From: Bacteroidales bacterium
GTDB lineage: Bacteria > Bacteroidota > Bacteroidia > Bacteroidales > WRLA01
DNA length: 64,000 bases
Direction: 5' to 3'
Assembly (NCBI GenBank): GCA_965230045.1
Contig: OZ245940.1
Span: forward strand, 5,075,961-5,139,960
Shown here: piece by piece, positions 36,030 through 46,600 of the stretch
Layout: each line of letters opens with the position of its first letter
Numbering within the stretch: position 1 is the first letter of the stretch
Notes under the pieces: generated by a model
Told to the model about the DNA's origin: nothing
Database searches by the model: none
Seen by the model: only the letters and a program-made list of their open reading frames with translations
Program-made: the position numbers and the translations under genes

Positions 36030-36145
36030 GCAATACATGGTTTTAAATGCCTATTTGTTCTCAAAAACAGACGACGACAGGGAGAAACAGATAAAGGTTA
36101 GGGTAAAATCAGATGAAACGAAATTAAAATTATAGATTACAGCCC

Positions 36146-39100
36146 ATGAAAAAGATTAGCCTGAGTGCTTTCATGATGTTGATCCTCAGCAGTATTTTAA
36201 CTGCCGGAAACATCAAAACGACCTATGAATTCAAAAACTACCGCCTGGAAGATAAAGGGGAATTTATCAGCCTGAACTTAGATGGCTGCCTCAATACGGC
36301 CCTTCCCGGACAACCTGCCCTGCCCTACAAATCGGTTGCGCTGCTGCTTGACGACAATCAGCAGGCGGCTGAAATGGAAATTGTACTGCGCAAGCCTTTG
36401 ACGATTCATATCGATAAGGACATTTTCCCGATGCAGTATTCCCGCCCGCTTTCCGAAGGCCCTTCCGGTGAATTTATTATGGACGAAGCTGTATATCAGA
36501 CACGTTCGGCTTTTCCCGCCAATAAAAAAGGCCATCTGAAAAATGCGTCCATGAACGGCTACGAATTTGCGCTTTCCAGCTTTACTCCAATCGAGTATTT
36601 CCCTGCTGAGGGTAAAATCGTCCTTTATCAGGAAGTGGATGTAATCCTGAACACTTCGGCAATGCGCCATGAAGGGCTCCGGGCTTCCGCAACAGAAAAA
36701 GTACGCAATCGGGTGGCACGTTTTGCCGACAACCCGGAAATGATAAGCTCATACAGCCCCAAGGCCATGCGCTCCGAAGCTTACGACATCCTGATCGTTA
36801 CCAAACAGCAATACCTTGCCGGTTTTGAAGACCTGGTGCAGATGTACCGAAACAGGGGCATGAAGGCCATGGCTGTAAGCCTCGACTCCATCAACACCAC
36901 CATGAACGGCAATGATGTGCAGGCACGCATACGTAATTTCATTATTCAGGAATATCAAACCAAAGACATACAGCATGTTTTGCTGGGCGGCGATATCGAA
37001 GTGGTTCCCTATCGTGGATTCTATTGTGAGGTGCAGTCCTCATCACTTTATACTGACGATGATATCCCTGCCGACCTGTATTATTCAGCTTTGGACGGAA
37101 CATGGAACGATGATGGCGACAACAAATGGGGCGAACCCGGTGAAGATGATCTTTTGCCCGATATTTCCGTTGCCCGTATGACTTTCAGCAATGCTAATGA
37201 ACTGGCTGTTTTTATCCATAAAAGCACACAATATCAAAACAATCCCGTTTTAGGCGAACTGCGCAATCCTTTACTGGCCGGCGAAGACTTGTACGATAAT
37301 CCACAAACCTGGGGCGCACAATATCTTGAACTGCTCGTTGGCTGGCACGATGATAATGGTTATACAACCGATGGCATCCCGACCAATCACAATATTGAAG
37401 AAATGTTTGACCGCGACCTTGGCAACTGGAGCAAAAACGATCTCATCAATAAAATCAATTCCGGGAAACAGTTTGTGCACCACAGTGGACACGCAAACTC
37501 CTCTTCTGTGATGCGGCTTTATACATCCGATATCACCAATTCCAATTTCTCCGGAGCTAATGGTGTGGCCCATAACTATACATTAGTATATACCCACGGC
37601 TGTATTTGCGGTGCTTTTGATGATAACGATTGTATCGCAGAACGCATCGTAGGTATTGATAATTTTGCGGTTGCCGGCGCATTCAACTCACGCTACGGCT
37701 GGTTCAACGAAGGCCAGACTGAAGGGCCTTCGGCACATATGCACCGCGAATTTGTGGATGCACTTTATACTGATAAGGAAAACCATATCGGGGCAGCCCA
37801 CATGATTTCAAAAATTGAGACATCGCCTTGGGTAACCGCTCCCGGTCAGCACGAAGACGGTGCTTTGCGCTGGTGTTTCTACGATTGCAATATCCTTGGC
37901 GATCCTGCACTTGCTGTTTGGACCGACGAACCACTCAACAATATTTCCGCAACTTTCCAGGAAGAAATCCCGGTAGGTTGGGAAACGCTCAATGTTACAG
38001 TAACAAAAGGCAGTCAGCCGCTGGTAAATTACCGCTGCGCCATCCTCAAAGACGGACAATTGCATGGTTATGCCATGACCAATGAAGATGGTGTTGCCGA
38101 AATCGTCATCGAGCCCCTTATTACCGAAATCGGACAAGCTCAGGTTGTTGTAAGTGGCTACAATGCCCTGCCCCAGGAATATCCTCTGGGAATAGTGGCT
38201 TCGGGCACTCCTGTGGTCAATTTCTCCTCTTATACAGTACATGATGAAGCCGGAAATAACGATGGCCAGCCCGATTTTGGCGAAAGCATCACCCTCGATA
38301 TGGAACTGAGCAACATTGGCTATGCCATGGCCGAAAACGTGCATGCGACTTTAAGCTCAACCAATGAATATATAAACATTACCGACGGCGAAGCCGACTT
38401 TGGCAATATTGAAGCACTGGAGAATGGTTTTTGTGCCAATGCCTATGCACTTGATATTTGCGACAGCATTCCCGATCAGCATTGGGTGATGTTGAAACTC
38501 GATATCGTTTCCAATGATTTCAACTGGACAAAAAGCTTTATGATCATGCCCAATGCGCCGCGCATGCAGATAGGCGGGATTACTATCGACGACAGCCAGG
38601 GAAACAACGACCACAGGCTCGATCCGGGCGAAAATGCACAAATCCTTATCCGCTCCTACAATAAAGGCCATGCCGATGCATTCCCAACACGTTTTGCTTT
38701 AAACTGCGATAATGAAATGATCAGCATACAAAATGCTGTTCAGGACCTCGATCTGGAAGGAGGAAAATTCCGCGAACTGGTGTTTGATGTTCAGGTTGAT
38801 GAAAATATCCCGCTTTATTCGCTGGCAAACTTCACCTACAGCATGACTCACGGCTATTATAGCGATGAGATGGACTTTGTGCAGTCTATTGGCTATATTG
38901 ACGAAGATTTTGAAACGGGCGATTACAGCAAATTCGACTGGACATTTGAATCTGCCACAGCTTGGGAAATCTGTGAAACAGAACCTTATGAAGGGAATTA
39001 TTGCTCAATGTCGGGCGAAATAGGCGCCGGCGGTTCCTCCAAAATGAGCCTCAGCCTGCGTGTCGAAAATGCCGACAGCCTTAGTTTTTACCACAGGCTT

Positions 39101-39598
39101 TCTACCGAAGAAGGATATGACAAGCTGCTTTTCTATATCGATGACAATGAAATAGGACAGTGGAGCGGCATCAAAGGCTGGGAACGTTTCAGCACTTTTG
39201 TAAATGAAGGCGTGCATACTTTCACCTGGGAATACAAAAAGGATATGTTTGAAGATGCCGGTGAAGACCGTGTTTGGGTTGATGAAATTATTTTCCCTCC
39301 AGTTTCAACACTTACTTCTATTGAAGAAGCTGCATCGGACGCCCTGCTTACTTTGACCAACATCTACCCCAATCCAATTAAAGATCAACTGAAGCTTGAG
39401 ATGCACAGCCTGGCACAAAAGCAAGCAAATATAAGGATTACAGATGCCTGCGGGGCAACTATTCAATCAAAAGTTGTTTATCTAAATGAAGGCGAAAACC
39501 ACATGACTATTCAAACCGAAGGCTATGCCCCCGGTGTTTACATATTATTCATCGAAACAGAGCGCAAAATAATCAGTAAAAAAATAACAAAATTTTAA
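36146..39598 (+). CDS. Peptidase C25 (gingipain family) multidomain protein with T9SS C-terminal sorting domain
   Basis: Signal peptide. Catalytic His and Cys contexts are FVHHSGHANSS and YTHGCICGAFDD. CARDB-like repeats, a jelly-roll module (DEDFETGDYSKFDW...VWVDEIIFP) and a T9SS CTD (IYPNPIKDQL...GVYILFIE) follow. Confidence 0.8.
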   Translation: MKKISLSAFMMLILSSILTAGNIKTTYEFKNYRLEDKGEFISLNLDGCLNTALPGQPALPYKSVALLLDDNQQAAEMEIVLRKPLTIHIDKDIFPMQYSRPLSEGPSGEFIMDEAVYQTRSAFPANKKGHLKNASMNGYEFALSSFTPIEYFPAEGKIVLYQEVDVILNTSAMRHEGLRASATEKVRNRVARFADNPEMISSYSPKAMRSEAYDILIVTKQQYLAGFEDLVQMYRNRGMKAMAVSLDSINTTMNGNDVQARIRNFIIQEYQTKDIQHVLLGGDIEVVPYRGFYCEVQSSSLYTDDDIPADLYYSALDGTWNDDGDNKWGEPGEDDLLPDISVARMTFSNANELAVFIHKSTQYQNNPVLGELRNPLLAGEDLYDNPQTWGAQYLELLVGWHDDNGYTTDGIPTNHNIEEMFDRDLGNWSKNDLINKINSGKQFVHHSGHANSSSVMRLYTSDITNSNFSGANGVAHNYTLVYTHGCICGAFDDNDCIAERIVGIDNFAVAGAFNSRYGWFNEGQTEGPSAHMHREFVDALYTDKENHIGAAHMISKIETSPWVTAPGQHEDGALRWCFYDCNILGDPALAVWTDEPLNNISATFQEEIPVGWETLNVTVTKGSQPLVNYRCAILKDGQLHGYAMTNEDGVAEIVIEPLITEIGQAQVVVSGYNALPQEYPLGIVASGTPVVNFSSYTVHDEAGNNDGQPDFGESITLDMELSNIGYAMAENVHATLSSTNEYINITDGEADFGNIEALENGFCANAYALDICDSIPDQHWVMLKLDIVSNDFNWTKSFMIMPNAPRMQIGGITIDDSQGNNDHRLDPGENAQILIRSYNKGHADAFPTRFALNCDNEMISIQNAVQDLDLEGGKFRELVFDVQVDENIPLYSLANFTYSMTHGYYSDEMDFVQSIGYIDEDFETGDYSKFDWTFESATAWEICETEPYEGNYCSMSGEIGAGGSSKMSLSLRVENADSLSFYHRLSTEEGYDKLLFYIDDNEIGQWSGIKGWERFSTFVNEGVHTFTWEYKKDMFEDAGEDRVWVDEIIFPPVSTLTSIEEAASDALLTLTNIYPNPIKDQLKLEMHSLAQKQANIRITDACGATIQSKVVYLNEGENHMTIQTEGYAPGVYILFIETERKIISKKITKF

Positions 39599-39647
39599 TT
39601 ATCAAGAGGACACGAATAATTTCTAAACCAAAATTAATTTAACAAAA

Positions 39648-42600
39648 ATGAAATCGAACATGTACAAATTTTTTAGGAACCTGGCTTTTGCAGCTTTAGC
39701 GCTTGTTTTCTTTGCAGGCAGCCTTTCTGCACAGCAATTTGCCTATTCCGATGCCTGGAACGAACAGGGCTATACCGTTCTCCAGCAGGACAATAACACA
39801 ATGAGAGTGAACTTCTCTATCGAGCAATTCAACCTCAGCGCTTTGGATATTAACGGTCAGGAATTCCTGAAAACCGAACTTCCGGGCGTTTTTCTCCCCA
39901 ATGACGAAGGCTATCCGGATCTCGCCGGCATGGGTCGTTTTATTGCATTGCCCAATGGTGCCACAGCACATATCAATATCATCAATCAACGTATTGAAAC
40001 TATTGAAAATGTAGAAATCGCCCCAGCTCCACGTATCCCAAAAGTTACAGAAGATGGCCCACTTCATTATGAAATGAACGAAGAAGTTTATGCTACTAAC
40101 GCTTTTTATCCTGCAGAACCCATCAAACTGAGCGAGCAGACCGAAGTCCGTGGCATCAACTCCGTAGTATTGGGCGTAACTCCTTTCCAGTACAATCCGG
40201 TTACAAAAGAACTGCGCGTTATCCGCGACGTGGAAATTGAAATTACTTTCGAAGGTGGCGACGGCCAGTTTGGTGATATTGCCTACCGCAACCCTATGTG
40301 GGACCATATCCTAACTGATATGTTTATCAATCAGGAGATGCTTCCAACAGTTGATTATGCTGCACGCGCAACCCAAACACGCAATAGCGGTGAATATGAA
40401 TATGTAATCATCATCCCTGACAACCCTGTTTATAAGCAATGGGCCGATTCGCTCAAGCGTTTCCGTAACCAACAGGGTATCCTCACAGGTGTTGTAAAAG
40501 TTACCGACATTGGTGGCAATACTGTTGGCGCAATAGAATCCTATGTAAACGATGCTTACGAAAACTGGGTGACCAAACCTGTAGCATTCCTGCTGATCGG
40601 TGATTACGGCACAAGCGGCGACAACTGTATTGTTTCCCCACTTTGGGACAACTACTGTGTTTCTGATAATATTTATGCCGATGTTAATGCCGATGAACTT
40701 CCTGACGTTGTATTCGCACGTATGACAGCACAAAATGCGGATCACCTCGAAACAATGGTAACAAAAGTATTAAACTACGAACGCAACCCTTCTACAAGCT
40801 CTGATTTCTACAACAACCCAATTACTGCCTGTGGCTGGCAAACAGAACGCTGGTTCCAGATTTGTGCAGAAACTGTTGGCGGATTCTGGAAAAACGAACT
40901 CGGCAAAGAACCTGTACGTATTAATGAAATATATAGCGGAAGCCCCGGCTCTACCTGGTCAACTGCAACTAATACTGCAACAGTAGTTGATTATTTCGGC
41001 CCCAATGGCTTGGGTTATATTCCTGCTTCTCCAAGTACACTGGGCAACTGGTCCGGCGGGAACTCTTCCGATATCAATAATGCAATCAATTCAGGTGCCT
41101 TTATGCTTGTACACCGTGACCACGGTGGTGAAACAGGTTGGGGCGAACCCGCATACAGCAACAGTAACCTTTCCGGCCTGAATAATGACGACCTTCCATT
41201 TGTTTTCTCAATTAACTGTTTGACAGGTAAATACAATTGGAGCAGCGAATGTTTTGCCGAAGCTTTCCACCGTCATGAAAAAGGTTGTGTGGGCATTATG
41301 GCAGCTTCCGAAGTTTCTTACTCCTTTGTAAACGATACTTATGTTTGGGGTATGATGGACAATATGTGGCCTGAATTTGACCCGGGTTATGGTGGAAACG
41401 ATTTTGATATGGATTTTATCCGTCCTGCATTTGCCAATGCTGCCGGTAAAATTTATCTGCACGCTTCCAACTGGCCTTACAACACCAGCAACAAGCCCGT
41501 AACATACCACCTTTTCCACAACCATGGTGATGCATACCTGAGTGTTTATTCTGAAATACCACAAACACTTAATGTACAGCATGCGGGTCTTCTCCCTGCA
41601 GGTGTTAATACTTATCAGGTGCAGGCTCCAAGCGGATCACAAATTTGTCTTTCACTCAATGGAGAAATCATCGGACGTGGCTTTGGTGCAGGCGGCCCTG
41701 TAACCATCAATATTGAACCACAACAGCCTGGTGATAATGTATTGCTTACAGTTACCAAGCAAAACTACTACCGGTATCAGGAAAGCCTGCTCGTTGCCGG
41801 TGCTCCTGCACAAGCCGAAAGCCCACAGCCGGCCAATAATAAAATCGGCGTTGCCCCATTTACTGTTTTCTCTTGGGTTGATGGCTACGGAACCCCATCG
41901 AATACTTATAAATTCTATCTCGGTACTGATAATCCTCCAACCAATATGGTTAATGGTGAAGTAACCACAGAAAATGTTTTCACACTGGATAACGAACTGG
42001 ACTACGAAAGCGAGTATTTCTGGAAAATTGTTTCTACAAACGATTATGGCACAACCGAAGGTGAAGTTTGGAGCTTTACAACAAACCGCGCTCCGGATGA
42101 AGATTTCGAATCAGGCAGCTTCAATAGCTTCCCTTGGGAGCTTGAAGGCGATGCCAACTGGACTGTTGTTCAGGATGAAGTATTCCATGGAACGCATTCA
42201 GCTCAATCGGGAGATGTTGCCGCCGGTCAGGTTTCAAGCCTGAAAATCAGCATGAATATCAACACATTCATGTCAACCATTAATTTCTACAAAATGGTTA
42301 CTTCTGAACCCGGTAGTGTTCTGGAATTCTATATCGACGGAAACCTCAAAGACAGCTGGACAGGACTTTCAGGCTGGAGCGAAGAATCTTTCAACGTAGT
42401 TACAGGTAACCATATATTCGAATGGCGTTTTATCAACAATGGTAAAGGCGGCAGAAGCGAAAATGCTGCATGGATTGATTATATCTATTTCCCAACTAAT
42501 GGCGGAATTATTGCCAGCGCAGGTCAGGACGCAAGCATTTGCGAAGGCAGCACACATCAACTGATGGGCAATGCAACCAATGCCGATGCAATCCTTTGGT

Positions 42601-43568
42601 CAACTGCCGGTGATGGTACGTTCAATGATGCAAGCATTATGGATCCGGTTTATACTCCCGGAACTCAGGACATCGAAGGCGGAAGCGTTGTTCTCACGCT
42701 CACAGCCAGCTCTGCCAAAAATGACGTTTCTGACGATATGACCCTCACAATCAACAAAACCCCTATTGCTGAAACAGGCGAAACAGCAATCGTTTGTGCC
42801 GGCGAAGACCTTCAGGTTGCAGGTAGTTACGAAAACTACGAAAGCCTGTTCTGGTCAACCAATGGTGATGGTACTTTTGATAACGCAACATTCGAATTCC
42901 CTGTTTATACTCCGGGAACCGAAGATATCGCCAACGGTACAGTAACCCTCAGCGTTGAAGCTATGGCATGGGCACCCTGTGAAAATGTTAGCGCTGACCT
43001 TGTTGTAACTATCCATGATGTTCCTGCTGCTCCTGAAGCACCTGCAGGCCCTGAAGTAATTCTTATCAACCTGGCTACAACAAGCGATTATACTGTTACT
43101 GAAGTGGCCGGTGCTGTTTCGTACAGCTGGGAAATAGCTCCTGCAGAAGCAGGCACCATCGAAGGTGAAAGCACTACAGCTACTGTTAACTGGAATACTG
43201 ATTACCAGGGAGATGCTTTTATTGCCGTAAAAGCAATGAACGAATGTGGCGAAAGCGAACGTTCTGTTGAATTTGCTGTTGAAGTATCAAACAGCGTGGG
43301 TATCAATGAGCTGCTCGAAAGTAACGTAGGCATCTTCCCGAACCCAACAAACGGCAGCTTTAGCCTGAACATCAATGCAAACGCTGAAAACCTCCGCATC
43401 CGCATTGTCAATACTGTTGGTGTTGAAGTTTATAACGAAAGCAATATCAAAGTAAACGGTACATTTACCCGTGACTTCGAACTTGAAAATCTCGAAGAAG
43501 GCATGTACCTGATGATTATCGAAAACGGACAAAGCAATATCATCAAAAAAGTTATTGTTGAAAAATAA
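39648..43568 (+). CDS. Peptidase C25 (gingipain family) multidomain protein with T9SS C-terminal sorting domain
   Basis: His and Cys contexts are MLVHRDHGGETGWGEP and FVFSINCLTGKYN. It also has a jelly-roll module (DEDFESGSFNSFPW...), two WST.GDGTF...PVYTPG modules and a CTD (IFPNPTNGSF...GMYLMIIE). Confidence 0.8.
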   Translation: MKSNMYKFFRNLAFAALALVFFAGSLSAQQFAYSDAWNEQGYTVLQQDNNTMRVNFSIEQFNLSALDINGQEFLKTELPGVFLPNDEGYPDLAGMGRFIALPNGATAHINIINQRIETIENVEIAPAPRIPKVTEDGPLHYEMNEEVYATNAFYPAEPIKLSEQTEVRGINSVVLGVTPFQYNPVTKELRVIRDVEIEITFEGGDGQFGDIAYRNPMWDHILTDMFINQEMLPTVDYAARATQTRNSGEYEYVIIIPDNPVYKQWADSLKRFRNQQGILTGVVKVTDIGGNTVGAIESYVNDAYENWVTKPVAFLLIGDYGTSGDNCIVSPLWDNYCVSDNIYADVNADELPDVVFARMTAQNADHLETMVTKVLNYERNPSTSSDFYNNPITACGWQTERWFQICAETVGGFWKNELGKEPVRINEIYSGSPGSTWSTATNTATVVDYFGPNGLGYIPASPSTLGNWSGGNSSDINNAINSGAFMLVHRDHGGETGWGEPAYSNSNLSGLNNDDLPFVFSINCLTGKYNWSSECFAEAFHRHEKGCVGIMAASEVSYSFVNDTYVWGMMDNMWPEFDPGYGGNDFDMDFIRPAFANAAGKIYLHASNWPYNTSNKPVTYHLFHNHGDAYLSVYSEIPQTLNVQHAGLLPAGVNTYQVQAPSGSQICLSLNGEIIGRGFGAGGPVTINIEPQQPGDNVLLTVTKQNYYRYQESLLVAGAPAQAESPQPANNKIGVAPFTVFSWVDGYGTPSNTYKFYLGTDNPPTNMVNGEVTTENVFTLDNELDYESEYFWKIVSTNDYGTTEGEVWSFTTNRAPDEDFESGSFNSFPWELEGDANWTVVQDEVFHGTHSAQSGDVAAGQVSSLKISMNINTFMSTINFYKMVTSEPGSVLEFYIDGNLKDSWTGLSGWSEESFNVVTGNHIFEWRFINNGKGGRSENAAWIDYIYFPTNGGIIASAGQDASICEGSTHQLMGNATNADAILWSTAGDGTFNDASIMDPVYTPGTQDIEGGSVVLTLTASSAKNDVSDDMTLTINKTPIAETGETAIVCAGEDLQVAGSYENYESLFWSTNGDGTFDNATFEFPVYTPGTEDIANGTVTLSVEAMAWAPCENVSADLVVTIHDVPAAPEAPAGPEVILINLATTSDYTVTEVAGAVSYSWEIAPAEAGTIEGESTTATVNWNTDYQGDAFIAVKAMNECGESERSVEFAVEVSNSVGINELLESNVGIFPNPTNGSFSLNINANAENLRIRIVNTVGVEVYNESNIKVNGTFTRDFELENLEEGMYLMIIENGQSNIIKKVIVEK

Positions 43569-43591
43569 GTCCTAAACTAAATAAATATAAA

Positions 43592-43626
43592 GCCTGTCGC
43601 CCCTTACCGCGCGACGGGCTTTTTTA
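43592..43626 (+). terminator. Rho-independent terminator after the second C25 gene
   Basis: GCCTGTCGC pairs with GCGACGGGC (one G:U pair), followed by TTTTTT. Confidence 0.6.
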
Positions 43627-43685
43627 TAATTTCCTGAGGGCAAAGCTGATTTTGCCCCATTTACGAAGCACCAGAAGATATAAGC

Positions 43686-46600
43686 ATGAGAAAAAATTAT
43701 TTACTCCTATTGGCAGTTTTTCTTGGAATGACAATTACTGCCTTTTCCCAAAGCAAACCCACATCTTTTACCAATGAAATTTTAAAGCAGGACCGGCAAA
43801 TACTGGATCTGAAAATTAAAAGCCCTGCATACGAAATAGTCCGGCACAGAGGAAATATACCCGGACAGCAAATTATCTGCTCGGGCATACAATTGCCTGC
43901 ACAATCAGGTTATCCGGATATTCCGGTGTACAGCAAAAGGATACTTGTGCCCAAAGGCGCTGATGTTTCCATCCGCTATGAGATCATAAAACAGCATACG
44001 GTCAGTGATATTGACCTGGCTCCGGCACCACAAATTCCTTTCGATACAGATACGGTGATGGTTTATAAGCGCAATAATGCTGTTTATCAAACAAATGCAT
44101 TTTTCCCGGAAGAAATTGCACGCATTTCCCAAAATCAGGGCATGGGCGGCTATGATACCCGCATTTTAAACTGGGCGCCCTTTCGTTTTAATCCCGTAAC
44201 AGGAGAGTTGCAGGTGATTGATGAAATCCGTATCCAAATAAATTTCGCGGGAGGAAATGGCTCCTACCGTAGCAGCAAACACAGCAGTGCCATTTGGAAC
44301 AACATTTTGGCATCGCAGGTGCTAAACCCCGAAAACCTTGTGAAAAGCAACAAAAACGCAAATCAACGGGCTGAAGGTTATGAGTACCTGCTTGTAATTC
44401 CCAACGATACGGCCTTTCGCGTTTGGGCCGACACACTGGCACGTTTCCGCAACGAACAAGGCATAAAAACCGGTATTGTTACACTTGACGAAATCGGCGG
44501 CAACACCTCATCAGCCATTGAAGCTTATCTTGTTAATGCTGTGAACAACTGGGAAATCCCACCGGCAGCGGTCCTTTTTATGGCCGATTACGGTACAAGC
44601 GCCGACAACCGCATCATTTCACCGGTTTATGATAATTATTGCATCAGCGATAACCTTATGGCCGATTTTGATAATGACGGGCTGCCGGAAATTGCAACGG
44701 CACGCATGACAGCCCGTGATGCCGGACAACTCGCAGAAATGGTGCGCAAAGCCATTAATTATGAGCGCAATCCGGTAATGGATGACTCTTTTTACGATAA
44801 ACCGGTTACAGCATTGGGCTGGCAAACAGAACGCTGGTTCCAGATCTGCAGCGAAGCAATTTCAGGATATTTCAGCAATTCGGGCAAAAATCCCGTGCGC
44901 ATCAATGATGTGTATGAAGGAAACCCAAACAACGATCCCTGGTCAACATCATCCAACACCTGGACGATCTTAAACACTTTTGGCCCTGCAGGTTTAGGCT
45001 ATATTCCTTCGCAGCCTTCAGAACTGGGCGGTTGGTATGGCGGAACGGCCGATAAAGTAAATGAAGCGCTCAATGAAGGGACTTTTATGCTGGTACACCG
45101 TGACCACGGTGGCGTTGATGGCTGGGGCGAACCCAATTACGACCAAACGGATATACGGAGAGGACTGAACGGTAACGAAAAACTGCCCTTTATTTTTTCC
45201 ATCAACTGCCTGACCGGCAAATTCAATGTAGGCGGCGATTGTTTTGCAGAAACCTTCCACCGCGACCCTGCACGTGCCTTAGGAATTATTGCAGCAACAG
45301 AAGTATCCTATTCCTTTGTAAACGACACTTATATGTGGGGCATGATGGATTATATGTTCCCTGATTTCCTTCCCGAAACGGGCGAAAACGGAGCACCCAA
45401 TCTCTATCCCGCATTTGCCAATGTTTCCGGTAAATATTTCCTCGAAGCCTCATCATGGCCCTGGAACGAAAACAATAAGGAAGTCACTTATATGCTGTTC
45501 CATCATCATGGCGATGCGTTCCAGCAATTGTTCTCTGAAGTGCCTGCCCAGATCACCTCAACAGCTCCGGAGCGGATTACCGATACGGCAACACGAATCC
45601 AAATCACGGCACCCGAAGGCTGCCGCATCGGAATCAGCCATAACGGAAACTATATCGCGCATCACATCTCAACAGGTGGCGATCAATGGGTTGTTATTCC
45701 GCAACAAGAGGAAGGAACAGTGCTTACAGCCACAATAAGCGGCCCCAATTACCAGCGCAAGCAGCACAGTATTCAGGTAGTGCCCAATAACGGCCCTTTT
45801 CTTGTTTGTAAAGATTTTGAATGGCCTAATGGTCAATTGGAAGCAGGCAAGAGTAGCTTATGGACCCTGAAACTGGAAAATATCGGCTTTGCTGCTTCCA
45901 GTAATATTACCCTCAATTTCAGTACGGATATGCCGGAAGTAAGCCTGAGCTATGATCCGGTTGAAATCCAAAACCTGGATCAGGACGCTTTTATTGAGCT
46001 TGAAAACATACTGGAATTTACAGCAGATTGCGAAATTACAGACGGCACTTCCGTACCGCTTACCATCAGCATCAGCTCCGATGAGCACAGCCGCGAGCAG
46101 CAAGTTCAGATTACCGTTCATGCGCCATCCATGCAATTTGAACCTTTTGGTGTAAGTGAACTGGACGGAAATACCAACAATTGGCTGGAACCCGGCGAAT
46201 CGGGCATGCTCAGCCTTTTGATTTCCAATGAAGGATCCGCGCCATTGCATTCAGTTGCCGGAACATTTTCTTTTATCCAAAATATTCCATCACTGGAAAT
46301 TACCAGCATTATAGAGCCTTCTGAAAGTGTGCAAGCCGGAACCACCGACACCATTAAGGTATTTTTTGATGTAGCTCCTTTTGTTGCCGAAGGAACGGAA
46401 TTCGGTTTGGAAGTTGTGATTAGCGGTGATTGTGCCTATGAAATGAGAGATACCGTCGCGGTACAGATTGGCCGGAAAAACAGCCTGATTATTGATTTGG
46501 ACCGCAACCATAATTCCGGAGACTCCATCATACAAAGCCTCACACATTTGGGTTATACGGCAGAAATTGTTCGCGAATGGCCCCTGGATCTATCGGAATA

